DNA of 64,000 nt from Gemmatimonadota bacterium (GTDB lineage: Bacteria; Gemmatimonadota; Gemmatimonadetes; Gemmatimonadales; GWC2-71-9): positions 222 through 64,221 of the forward strand of contig QHTK01000047.1 of assembly GCA_003220795.1 (NCBI GenBank), in the 5' to 3' direction. Below are positions 1 through 8,574 of the stretch, piece by piece (positions within the stretch are counted from its first letter, which is position 1; each line of letters opens with the position of its first letter). A program made the translations under genes and the position numbers. The notes beneath the pieces were generated by a model. The model saw only the letters and a list, made by a program, of their open reading frames with translations. It was not told where the DNA came from and searched no databases.

Positions 1-1442
1 AGCGCGAGACCGATGATCAGCCAGACGGCGAAGCGCACCCAGGTCTCGAGCGGCAGCCCGATCATCACGAACAGGCACAGCGCCGCCCCCGTGAGCGCCA
101 CGATCCACACGAACGGCACGCGGAACGGCCGGGGGCGCTCGCGGTCGGTGTAGCGCAGCACCAGCACACCGGCGCACACGAGGACGAAGGCGAACAGCGT
201 GCCGATGTTGGTGAGGTTGTACGTTTCGCCCGCGTCCCCGATCAGCGACCACAGTCCCACGAAGACGCCCGTGATCAGGGTCGTGATGTGCGGCACGCGC
301 GTCCTGGCGTGAACTCGCGCCGCCCAGGGCGGCAGCAGGCCGTCCCGCCCCATCGCGAAGAAGATGCGCGGCTGCCCGTACTGGAAGACGAGCAGCACGG
401 CCGACATCGAGATGATCGCGCCCAGGGCGACAATCCAGCCCACCGTCGTGAACCCCGCGCTGTTCAGCGCCTTGGACAGCGGATCGGCGACGCCGAGCTC
501 CGTGTACGGCACCATCCCGGTGAGCACGGCGCCCACGATCATGTAGATCACGGTGCAGATGGCGAGGCCGCCCAGGATGCCGATCGGCAGATTGCGCTGC
601 GGGTTCTTCGTCTCCTCGGCCGCCGTCGAGATCGCATCGAATCCGATGTAGGCGAAGAACACGATGGCCGCCCCCTGATGCACGCCGCGGAAGCCGTTGG
701 GGGCGAACGGGTGATAGTTCGCGGCATTGATGTGCGTGAGCCCCGCCACGACGAACAGCCCCAGCACCAGCAGCTTGATCGTCACCATGATGTTGTTCGC
801 CGTGGCGCTCTCGCGCACCCCCAGCATGAGGAGCCAGGTGATCAACGCGACGATCACGAACGCGGGGACGTTCACGAGCAGCGGGATCCCGGCCACGTGG
901 GGCGCGCTCTGGAGCAGGCCGTGCAGTGCCGGATCGGGGGAGAGGAGTGCCGTGCGGTACCCCGTTGTCAGCCAGACGGGCAAATGGAGGTCGAAGCTGC
1001 GGAGCAGCGAGGTGAAGTAATCACCCCAGGAGATGGCGACGGCCACGTTGCCGACCGCGTACTCGAGGATCAGGTCCCATCCGATGATCCACGCGACAAT
1101 CTCGCCGAGCGTCGCGTACGAGTAGGCGTAGGCGCTGCCCGCCTGGGGGATCATGGCCGCCAACTCCGCGTAGCACAGCCCGGCCAGCGCGCACGCCACG
1201 CCCAGGAACAGGAAGGACAGCACGAGCGCCGGCCCGGCGCCGCTGCGCACCAGATGGCCGGCGGCGTCGTACTGCCCCGCCGCCGCCGTCCCGATCGCCC
1301 CGAAGATCCCGGCGCCGATCACCGCGCCGATCCCCAGCATGACGAGATCGCCGGCGCCCAACGCGCGCTTCAGCGCGTACGGGCTCTCGCCTTCGACCAA
1401 CAGCTCCGCAATCGGCTTGCGGGCGAAGAGCTGCCTAGACAA
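1..1442 (-). CDS. APC-superfamily amino acid permease (3' end lies beyond the left edge)
   Basis: It is absent from the ORF track because it runs off the window edge. My reverse translation from 1442 reads (TTG)SRQLFARKPIAELLVEGESPYALKRALGAGDLVMLGIGAVIGAGIFGAIG..., the classic APC N-terminus/TM1 pattern, and continues in frame to position 1. The proposed TTG start overlaps the hppA stop by 8 nt and is uncertain. Confidence 0.75.
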   Translation of the reverse strand, partial: MSRQLFARKPIAELLVEGESPYALKRALGAGDLVMLGIGAVIGAGIFGAIGTAAAGQYDAAGHLVRSGAGPALVLSFLFLGVACALAGLCYAELAAMIPQAGSAYAYSYATLGEIVAWIIGWDLILEYAVGNVAVAISWGDYFTSLLRSFDLHLPVWLTTGYRTALLSPDPALHGLLQSAPHVAGIPLLVNVPAFVIVALITWLLMLGVRESATANNIMVTIKLLVLGLFVVAGLTHINAANYHPFAPNGFRGVHQGAAIVFFAYIGFDAISTAAEETKNPQRNLPIGILGGLAICTVIYMIVGAVLTGMVPYTELGVADPLSKALNSAGFTTVGWIVALGAIISMSAVLLVFQYGQPRIFFAMGRDGLLPPWAARVHARTRVPHITTLITGVFVGLWSLIGDAGETYNLTNIGTLFAFVLVCAGVLVLRYTDRERPRPFRVPFVWIVALTGAALCLFVMIGLPLETWVRFAVWLIIGLA

Positions 1443-3570
1443 ACAAGGGCGCCAGCACGAGCGTCACCGTACTCAGCAGTTTGATGAGCACGTGCAGCGA
1501 CGGCCCCGCGGTGTCTTTGAAGGGATCGCCGACCGTGTCGCCTACCACGGCCGCCTTGTGGGGCGGGCTGCCTTTGCCGCCGTACTCGCCGGTCTCGATG
1601 AACTTCTTGGCGTTGTCCCAGGCGCCGCCGCCGTTGTTGAGCAGGGTCGCCATCAGAATGCCGCCGATCGTCCCGACCATCAGGAACGCGGCCACGGTCT
1701 CGGCCCCGACGTGGAACAGCACCTTGAAGACGAGGCCGACGGCGATCGGCATGCCGACGGCGAGCAGCCCGGGCGCGACCATCGCCTTCAGGGCGCCCAC
1801 GGTGACGATGTCCACGGCCCGGCCATAGTCGGGACGGGACGTGCCCTTCAGGATCCCGGGGTCGGCCTGGAATTGGCGGCGCACTTCCTTGATCACGCTC
1901 ACGGCCGCTTTGGTCACGGCGCTGATGGCGAGCGCCGAGAACCAGAACACCAGCATCGCGCCGAGCAAACCACCCACGAACACCTCAGGCTTCGAGATGT
2001 CGACGGCTTTGAGCGGAGAGCCGAGGGCGGCGACCTCGTCCAGGTACGCCGAGAACAGCAGGAACGCCGCGAGCGCCGCGGAGCCGATGGCGTAGCCCTT
2101 GGTGAGCGCTTTGGTCGTGTTGCCGACGGCATCGAGCCGATCGGTGCGCCTCCGGATGTTCTCGGGTTGATGCGACATCTCGATGATGCCGCCCGCGTTG
2201 TCCGTGATGGGCCCGAAGGTGTCCATCGCCAAGATGTAGGCGGCGGTGCCGAGCATCCCCATCGTGGCCACCGCGGTGCCGAACAGCCCCGAATGGGCCA
2301 GCCCGCTCGAGGCACCGAGCTTGTAGGAGGCGATGATCGCGGCCGAGATCGTGAACGTCGGCAGCGCCGTGCACTCGAGCGCCACGGCGAACCCCGCGAT
2401 GATGTTGGTCGCCGGGCCCGTCACGGAGGCGGCGGCGATGGACTTCACGGGGCGGTAGCGGTATTCGGTGTAATACTGGGTGATATAGACGAAGGCGATG
2501 GAGGTGGCGATCCCGATCACGCCGCACAGGGCGAAGTGCCACCACGCGGCGGGGTGTCCCGCCGGATTGAGCAGCCAGTACGTCCCCCCCGCGAACCCCA
2601 AGGCGGCGAGCACGGCGGTCCACATATAGCCGCGATTGAGCGCGTGCATCGGGTCCTCGTCTTCGCGGGCTTTCACCACCAGGACACCGATGATCGACGC
2701 GACGAGTCCAAACGCGCGCGCCACCAGCGGAAACAGCATGAGACCCACCACCTGCTCCGGGCTAAACACGCCGGGGTTCGCCAGCGCGAGCCCCGAGCCG
2801 AGGATCATCGCGCCGATGTTCTCCGCCGCCGTGGACTCGAACAGGTCGGCACCCCGCCCCGCGCAGTCGCCCACGTTGTCGCCCACCAGGTCCGCGATCA
2901 CCGCGGGGTTGCGGGGGTCGTCTTCGGGGATCCCCGCCTCCACCTTCCCCACCAGATCGGCGCCGACGTCGGCGGCCTTGGTGTAGATGCCGCCGCCCAG
3001 CTGGGCGAACAGCGCCACGAACGACGCCCCGAAGCCGTAGCCCACGATCATGAGCGGGATCTTGGTCGGCTCGAAGTGCAGGGCGTCGAGCACGCTGTAC
3101 AGCAGGCCCACGCCGAACAGGCTCATCGCCACCACGAACAGCCCGCTCACGGCGCCGCCCCGCAACGCGATCTGCAGGGCCTTGTTCAGGCTCGAGCGCG
3201 CCGCGCTGGCGGTCCGGATGTTCGAGCGCACGGCGACGTACATGCCCACCAAACCGGCCACGCCGGAACAGAACGCGCCGAACAGGAAGGACAGCGTCGT
3301 CGTGAGCGCGAGCGTCACCGCCGCGGGCTCGTCGGGGTGGGGTTTGCGGAAGAACGCGTACAACAGGTAGATGAGCACGCCGAGCGCGATGCTCAGAAGG
3401 CCGATCGTCCGGTATTGGCGCCGCAGGAACGCTTCGGCGCCCTCCTGGATCGCATCGGAGATCTTCCGCATGTCGGGGGTGCCATTGTCTTGGCGCAGCA
3501 CGTAGCCGCGTAGACCCCAGGCAACGGCCAGGGCGAGGATGGAAAGCCCCAGGACGAGAGCAATCAGCAT
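1435..3570 (-). CDS. hppA: membrane-bound proton-translocating pyrophosphatase, predicted K+-independent type
   Basis: The 711-aa polytopic ORF carries the hallmark motifs GGGIYTKAADVGADLVGKVE, DNVGDCAGRGADLFES and GDTVGDPFKDTAGPSLHVLIKLL. The GNTTKA motif has Lys rather than Ala, which is the known determinant of K+ independence. Confidence 0.95.
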   Translation of the reverse strand: MLIALVLGLSILALAVAWGLRGYVLRQDNGTPDMRKISDAIQEGAEAFLRRQYRTIGLLSIALGVLIYLLYAFFRKPHPDEPAAVTLALTTTLSFLFGAFCSGVAGLVGMYVAVRSNIRTASAARSSLNKALQIALRGGAVSGLFVVAMSLFGVGLLYSVLDALHFEPTKIPLMIVGYGFGASFVALFAQLGGGIYTKAADVGADLVGKVEAGIPEDDPRNPAVIADLVGDNVGDCAGRGADLFESTAAENIGAMILGSGLALANPGVFSPEQVVGLMLFPLVARAFGLVASIIGVLVVKAREDEDPMHALNRGYMWTAVLAALGFAGGTYWLLNPAGHPAAWWHFALCGVIGIATSIAFVYITQYYTEYRYRPVKSIAAASVTGPATNIIAGFAVALECTALPTFTISAAIIASYKLGASSGLAHSGLFGTAVATMGMLGTAAYILAMDTFGPITDNAGGIIEMSHQPENIRRRTDRLDAVGNTTKALTKGYAIGSAALAAFLLFSAYLDEVAALGSPLKAVDISKPEVFVGGLLGAMLVFWFSALAISAVTKAAVSVIKEVRRQFQADPGILKGTSRPDYGRAVDIVTVGALKAMVAPGLLAVGMPIAVGLVFKVLFHVGAETVAAFLMVGTIGGILMATLLNNGGGAWDNAKKFIETGEYGGKGSPPHKAAVVGDTVGDPFKDTAGPSLHVLIKLLSTVTLVLAPLFV

Positions 3571-3609
3571 AGTGAGTTGTGGCTCCTTGGAGCCCGCCCA
3601 TGGAGCGGG

Positions 3610-4422
3610 CTAGTGACCGATACGCAGGGGGACCGGTACGATGCTCGCCACGTTCCGCCCGTCCCGCGTGCGGGCCGGGTAGAACTGGTACGCCATCATG
3701 CGCTGCTGGAACTCCCGGCTGTAGGCCGCGTCCGCCATCGGGGGATCGATCTCGACCCGAGTGACGCGCCCGTCGGCCGCAACCCAAAACTTCACGACGT
3801 AGGTGCGACCCGCAACGGAGCCGGGCACCCTGGCCAGCGGCGGCAGAATCGCCGTCCGCGGCGAGGCGACGAAAATGTAACCGCCTTCGCCTCCCGTTCC
3901 AGGCCCGGGGGCGGCCCCGGTCCCGCCCCCCGCCCCGCCCCCCTGACTCCCGCCGGCGCCCGGCCCCGCCCCCGACGTGGCGGCTCCGGCCGCCGGCCCG
4001 GCGAGCGGCGGCGCGCGCGGCAGCTCGAGCGGCGGCAGATCGAGTTTCAAGGGCGGGAGGGCCCGAAGATCGGAGACGGCAACCGCCGGCACGGCGGGTA
4101 CGTCCACGGCCGTCGGCCCGGCAGCGGGCAGGGTGAAGAAGTTGATCTGAGGCCGTCCCGCCCTCTCCTCCCCTCCCCCTCCGCGCCCCAGCGCGCCCGG
4201 GAGGCGCTGCAGCAGCTCGCGGCCGCGCACGATGAGAAGGACGATGATGAGGCCGTGCGCCACTACGGAGACGACGGCCCCCGTCCCCAGCCGCCTCCGA
4301 CCGAGGGGGAGACGCAGTCCGGGGAGCGCCGGGCGCTCGGTCGGGGTCGGGGGTGCAGTCACGAAGGATAGATACCCCGACAGGCGAGGAGGGGCGCACA
4401 CAAACGCGTAGGGGCGCAGCAT
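3610..4422 (-). CDS. TonB-family energy transducer (TM anchor, Gly/Pro/Ala-rich linker, TonB_C domain)
   Basis: It has a single TM (GAVVSVVAHGLIIVLLIV), a low-complexity linker and a C-terminal YVVKFWVAADGRVTRVEIDPP...FYPARTRDGRNVASIVPVPLRI. It lies directly downstream of exbB-exbD-exbD. The start is uncertain (ATG 4422 or GTG 4362). Confidence 0.75.
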   Translation of the reverse strand: MLRPYAFVCAPPRLSGYLSFVTAPPTPTERPALPGLRLPLGRRRLGTGAVVSVVAHGLIIVLLIVRGRELLQRLPGALGRGGGGEERAGRPQINFFTLPAAGPTAVDVPAVPAVAVSDLRALPPLKLDLPPLELPRAPPLAGPAAGAATSGAGPGAGGSQGGGAGGGTGAAPGPGTGGEGGYIFVASPRTAILPPLARVPGSVAGRTYVVKFWVAADGRVTRVEIDPPMADAAYSREFQQRMMAYQFYPARTRDGRNVASIVPVPLRIGH

Positions 4423-4459
4423 GCTGCGCCCCTACCGCATACCCCGGGCGCCATCCCGG

Positions 4460-4879
4460 CTACTGCTTGCCCTGCTCCGTCGGCGTAAAGCCGATCACCT
4501 GCACGCCCGCGCCGTGCGCAATATCCATCGCCTGCATCACCTCACCGTACTTCCGATTGGGTGCCGCCTTGACGAACAGCAGCTTCGCGGGGCGCGGGTC
4601 GAACACCTGGTGGAACGCCTGGTCGAGCTGGGTCAGCGCGTAGGGCTGCCCGTTGATCGCGTACGACCCGTCTGCTTTGAGCTCGAGTACGATCTGGCTG
4701 GACGGCTTCTCCTTCGCCTTCTGCTGCTGCTTGGGCGGCACCTGGACGTCGAACGCCTTGCGCGACATCGGCTGCGTGATCATGAAGATGATCAGCAGCA
4801 CCAGCAGCACATCGATCAGCGGCGTGACGTTGATGTCCGAGCTCAGTCCGTCGCCACCGCCCGTGGACCCCATCGCCAT
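4460..4879 (-). CDS. exbD: ExbD/TolR biopolymer transport protein
   Basis: The 139-aa ORF has the INVTPLIDVLLVLLIIFM N-terminal TM signature and a periplasmic domain typical of ExbD. Confidence 0.9.
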   Translation of the reverse strand: MAMGSTGGGDGLSSDINVTPLIDVLLVLLIIFMITQPMSRKAFDVQVPPKQQQKAKEKPSSQIVLELKADGSYAINGQPYALTQLDQAFHQVFDPRPAKLLFVKAAPNRKYGEVMQAMDIAHGAGVQVIGFTPTEQGKQ

Positions 4880-4882
4880 GGG

Positions 4883-5344
4883 TCAGCCCCCTTCCTTCTT
4901 CTTGGTGAGCGACTGCTTCTGCTCGGTGATCGCGGCCACCACGCGCGCGCCAGCCTGGCGTGCGATCTCGATCGCCTGCTGCACGCGGCCGAATTCGATG
5001 TTTTGATCGGCTTTGAAAAACAGGATTTTGTCCTTGGTGCGGTTGGCGTAGATGTTCTCCAACCGGGCCGGTAGGTCTTCGTCCTTTATCTGCCTCGGCC
5101 CCTCGCCCAGGTCGAGGAAGAACTTGCCATCGCGGTCGATGCCGAGCCGCACCTCGTCGGGGCCTTCGGGCCGGAGCTCCGGGTTCTCCGAACGCGGGAT
5201 CGTGGCCTGGAAGCCCGCGGCGATGATGGGGGTCACGATCATGAAGATGATCAGGAGCACCAGCATCACGTCGATCAGCGGCGTGACGTTGATGTCGGCC
5301 TTGACCGCCGACTTGGCGCTGGCGCTAGTGACTGATAGGGCCAC
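4883..5344 (-). CDS. exbD: ExbD/TolR biopolymer transport protein (second paralog)
   Basis: The 153-aa ORF has the INVTPLIDVMLVLLIIFM signature. It overlaps the exbB stop by 20 nt. Confidence 0.9.
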   Translation of the reverse strand: MALSVTSASAKSAVKADINVTPLIDVMLVLLIIFMIVTPIIAAGFQATIPRSENPELRPEGPDEVRLGIDRDGKFFLDLGEGPRQIKDEDLPARLENIYANRTKDKILFFKADQNIEFGRVQQAIEIARQAGARVVAAITEQKQSLTKKKEGG

Positions 5345-6074
5345 TGGACTGGGACGCCTTCTGCGTCTGGAATTCCTTGGTGAAGATCGAGCGGCCGAAC
5401 TCCGAGCCGACGCTCTTGATCAGGTAGTCGATCAGCTCCTTGGACGTGTATGTCATCTCCACCGACAGGAAGTCGATCTTGGTGCTGAAGTAGTTGTACA
5501 GCCACACGGCGGGAATGGCAACGATGAGGCCGAACGCCGTCGTGATGAGCGCTTCCGCGATACCGGACGACACCGAGGCGAGTGAGCCGCCGCCGCCCGA
5601 CGCCGCCATGCCCGTGAAGGCGTTCACGATCCCCATCACGGTGCCGAGCAGTCCCACGAACGGGGCAGTCGAACCGGTCGTCGCGAGAATGCCCAGACCG
5701 CGCTTCAGCTCGGCCGCGACGATCAGCATCTCGCGCTCCACGGCGCGCTCCACCGAGTTGATGTCGGCCGCGGTGATCGTGGCGCGGTCGCGCAGCAGCG
5801 GCTTCACTTCCGAGAGCGCCTCGCCCACCACCCGGGCCACGTGACTACGCTTCTGCTTCTCGGCCAGCTTGATCGCGCCGTCGAGCTGCTCCTCCTGGAG
5901 GAAGCGCGAGAACTCGGGCGCGAACTTCTGTGTCTCCTTCTGGGAACGCCACAGCTGCCACAGTTTCTGGAACGAGCTGGTCCACGAGATCAACGACATC
6001 AGGAACAACACGACGACGATGAACTTCGCGAACGGGCCCATCGACACAAACAGATCGTAGAGCGAGAGGCTCAT
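5325..6074 (-). CDS. exbB: MotA/TolQ/ExbB proton-channel protein
   Basis: The 249-aa ORF has three TMs and the GSTAPFVGLLGTVMGIVNAF and IAEALITTAFGLIVAIPA motifs. Confidence 0.9.
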   Translation of the reverse strand: MSLSLYDLFVSMGPFAKFIVVVLFLMSLISWTSSFQKLWQLWRSQKETQKFAPEFSRFLQEEQLDGAIKLAEKQKRSHVARVVGEALSEVKPLLRDRATITAADINSVERAVEREMLIVAAELKRGLGILATTGSTAPFVGLLGTVMGIVNAFTGMAASGGGGSLASVSSGIAEALITTAFGLIVAIPAVWLYNYFSTKIDFLSVEMTYTSKELIDYLIKSVGSEFGRSIFTKEFQTQKASQSSGPISH

Positions 6075-6112
6075 GTCCTAGAGGCTCCTTCGGGCCTTGA
6101 GCGGGTGCGGGC

Positions 6113-6793
6113 CTAACGGCCAGTGATCTTGAAGTCGATCGGGATATTGATCAGCACGCGCACCGCCCGCCCGTGCACCCGGGCCGGACGGAACAGCGCT
6201 TTGAGCACGTACGTCTTGGCCGGCTGATCGAAGCCGGGGTTGGGGCTCGCAATGACCTTGAGCGACGGCGGCTCGGCCCGGCCGGTCGTGTCGATGATCG
6301 CCTGGACCATGACCCGCCCCTGTATCCCCGCCTGTCGCAGCAGCTCGGGGTACTGCGGTTGCGGACCGGAGAGGACGGACGGCTTCTCCTCGACGATCGC
6401 TTCCATGAACACTTCATTGCCCGTCGGCACGATCCCGGTCCCGATGCCGCCTTCCACGCCCGTACCGGAGTAGTCCTTGGGATCGAATTTCTCCTGCAGG
6501 TTCACCGGCGGGATGTTGGTCGGGATGACGTCGGGGGCGACGACCGTCTGAAACCCCTTGAGCGGCACATCGAGCTGCACCGGCTGCTGCTCCGGCGGCT
6601 TTTGCTGCTGCTGCTGGTCGAGGAACACCATCGCGGTGTCCACCTTGACCGAGTGGTCGGTCTGGCCGGCGTTGAGTGTCGCGTACACCGCGCCCGCGAT
6701 CACGGCCGTATGGACCGTCAGCGAAACGAAGCCGACGCTGAAGGCCTTTTTTCCCGTCTTCTTGCGCTTGGACTCAATCAAGACGTCGAACAC
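6113..6793 (-). CDS. TonB-family energy transducer
   Basis: It has a TonB_C C-terminus (YPELLRQAGIQGRVMVQAIIDTTGRAE...RPARVHGRAVRVLINIPIDF), a poly-Q/Pro linker and one TM. The preferred start is GTG at 6793 (VFDVLIESKRKK, preceded by GGAGGA) rather than the ORF-track start at 6832. Confidence 0.85.
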   Translation of the reverse strand: MFDVLIESKRKKTGKKAFSVGFVSLTVHTAVIAGAVYATLNAGQTDHSVKVDTAMVFLDQQQQQKPPEQQPVQLDVPLKGFQTVVAPDVIPTNIPPVNLQEKFDPKDYSGTGVEGGIGTGIVPTGNEVFMEAIVEEKPSVLSGPQPQYPELLRQAGIQGRVMVQAIIDTTGRAEPPSLKVIASPNPGFDQPAKTYVLKALFRPARVHGRAVRVLINIPIDFKITGR

Positions 6794-6985
6794 GACTATC
6801 CTCCGGTGCCCGGTACGTATGTAATACTGCACTTTCGTCTTGGCCCGCTAGTGGAGCGCGCATTACAAAACGATGACAGCCGCGTGAGACGTTGGCGTCG
6901 GTCCGGAGCGCCTCGCAGCGCGTCTTGAGCAGGTGTGGTCCCGCTTCCGCACCCGCCCGGGCTCCTGACCGTCCGGGCTCCTGGC

Positions 6986-7777
6986 TCACCGCGCGAGCAC
7001 CCGATAGGTGTACCGAATCAGCCCAGTGCCCTCCGCTTCAAAGTCGAAGCGCAGCTGCACCCGCGTGCGCACCGGCACGCCCTTGGCGAAGCCGGGTCGG
7101 AAGCGAGCTTGCGGCAGCGCTCGCTCGATTTGCTCCACTACGCCGACGGCGGTGCTGGACTGGAGGCGCACGGTTTCCGGCTCAACCAGGCCGTCTTGAT
7201 CCACGACCGCCTGCAGCGCGACGAATACGTGGGCCCGCCGGGCCGGGAGCACGACGCCGTCCAGAACCATCTGGTAGGGGAAGAGGACGAACTGGGGCGG
7301 GACGACGCTGTCGGCGCACTTCGTGAGGCAGTCATACAGCGGCGCGACTGCCGGGCGGACCACCGTCCGCACCGCCGTCGAATCGCCGACACTCACCGCG
7401 GCTCGCGCCTCGCCGGCCAGGCGGGCGATCTCCGGGTCGAATCCGTCCAGGCCGGCCACATCCAAGCCGGGGTCGAGGGAGAAGGCCTCGCGGAACGCCT
7501 CCGAGGCAGCCGAGTCGCTCGCCGAATAGAAGTTCACGATGCCGAGCAGCACCCAGGCTTGGACGCGCGCGGCTGGCGAGCGGGCGGGGGCGTCGGTCAC
7601 GCGCCGGAGCAGCACCGCGGCGCTGTCGAGTTGTCTCGCGCGCAATTGGGCACGGGCCTGCGTGATCAGCTCGGCGGACGCCGGCGCGCCGCTATCGGCC
7701 TGCGCGTGCACAACCGCCGGACCGAAGCAGAGCGGCGTCACTACCCAGACGGCTCGCGACAGCTGAAGACGCCGCAT
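6986..7777 (-). CDS. secreted protein with helical-repeat region and TonB_C-like C-terminal domain
   Basis: It has a signal peptide (MRRLQLSRAVWVVTPLCFGPAVVHAQ) and a C-terminal ~90 aa (VPPQFV...VDQDGLVEPETVRL...ARFRPGFAKGVPVRTRVQLRFDF) that resembles TonB_C. It has no TM anchor or Pro-rich linker. I take the start at the second Met (7777). Confidence 0.6.
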   Translation of the reverse strand: MRRLQLSRAVWVVTPLCFGPAVVHAQADSGAPASAELITQARAQLRARQLDSAAVLLRRVTDAPARSPAARVQAWVLLGIVNFYSASDSAASEAFREAFSLDPGLDVAGLDGFDPEIARLAGEARAAVSVGDSTAVRTVVRPAVAPLYDCLTKCADSVVPPQFVLFPYQMVLDGVVLPARRAHVFVALQAVVDQDGLVEPETVRLQSSTAVGVVEQIERALPQARFRPGFAKGVPVRTRVQLRFDFEAEGTGLIRYTYRVLAR

Positions 7778-7822
7778 GGGACCTCCCTCATCGGGTCGGC
7801 AACGAAGGTGCAAAACGTATGC

Positions 7823-8485
7823 CTACTGGACCGTCGTGAGCGCGAAATCAATCGGCAAGCGCACCAGGACTCGCACCGGCCGGCCATGCACGCGCGCGGG
7901 CCGAAACAGCGCGCGGAGCACGTAATCACGCGCCGAGACGGCGAACCCGGGATCAGGACTGGCGACGATCGAGACGGAGCGCGGCTCCACGCGGCCGAGG
8001 GTGTCGACGACGACCTCCAGGACCACGCGGCCTGCGACGCCCGCTCGTCGCAGCGCCTCCGGGTAGCGAGGTGTGGGCCCCGCAAGAAGCATCGGGCGCT
8101 CGTCGACTACCTCGCTGCTCAGCGGTCCCGCTTCCTCACCGGATGCGCTGCCGACCACCACACCGGGATGTAGCCACTGCGTGGGATCGAACGTCCCGCC
8201 GCGATCGATCGGTGGGAGGCCGATTGGACTGTCGGTGGCGAGGTCCAAAACAGGCGGCAGCGGATCGGTGACCCCATTCGGTACCGCCGGCGACCGGTCA
8301 TGAGCCGGCTCCGCTGGCCAGGGCAGCAAGACGGGCGGCGACTCAGCACCGGTCGCTACCTGGGGTCGCAGCGTCGCCCACACGGCGACGGCGCCGATCA
8401 CCACGTGCGCCGCGAGCACCACCGCGCCGCTCGAGAGCACCTGGCGCGCGCCGCCACGGCGCCCTGCGTTGAGCTTCTCGAACAT
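7823..8485 (-). CDS. TonB-family energy transducer
   Basis: It has the TonB_C pattern YPEALRRAGVAGRVVLEVVVDTLGRVE...RPARVHGRPVRVLVRLPIDF and one TM (VVLAAHVVIGAVAVW). The start at ATG 8485 (MFEKLNAGRRG) is preceded by GGAGGAG. Confidence 0.8.
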   Translation of the reverse strand: MFEKLNAGRRGGARQVLSSGAVVLAAHVVIGAVAVWATLRPQVATGAESPPVLLPWPAEPAHDRSPAVPNGVTDPLPPVLDLATDSPIGLPPIDRGGTFDPTQWLHPGVVVGSASGEEAGPLSSEVVDERPMLLAGPTPRYPEALRRAGVAGRVVLEVVVDTLGRVEPRSVSIVASPDPGFAVSARDYVLRALFRPARVHGRPVRVLVRLPIDFALTTVQ

Positions 8486-8574
8486 GGAGTCTCCTCCAGA
8501 AGAGGTCTCCATGACGGTATCGCGTCAGGCTTGCGCGGGCTTAAGGAGATCGTGACAAGGTGATGATGGCCGGA

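Noticed and set aside
1339-3513. 724-aa plus-strand ORF antisense to hppA
   Set aside because: Its translation is dominated by R/G/H/D/A/E with no hydrophobic cores or recognisable motifs. It is the typical shadow ORF of a GC-rich gene, and the opposite strand encodes an unmistakable H+-PPase.
3890-4020. Low-complexity GC-rich repeats (also the CTG/CAG run at 6595-6617) as possible tandem repeats or a CRISPR-like array
   Set aside because: They lie inside TonB genes and encode the expected Gly/Pro/Ala-rich and poly-Gln periplasmic linkers. There is no repeat-spacer periodicity.
2762-4399. 545-aa minus-strand ORF overlapping hppA and the TonB gene in another frame (same pattern at 16312-17829, 53697-55094, 57956-58924, 62497-63975, 13393-14322 and 13841-14884)
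   Set aside because: All are alternative-frame ORFs with extreme Arg/Gly/Pro/Ala content. Each overlaps a gene with strong family motifs, and none has independent coding evidence.
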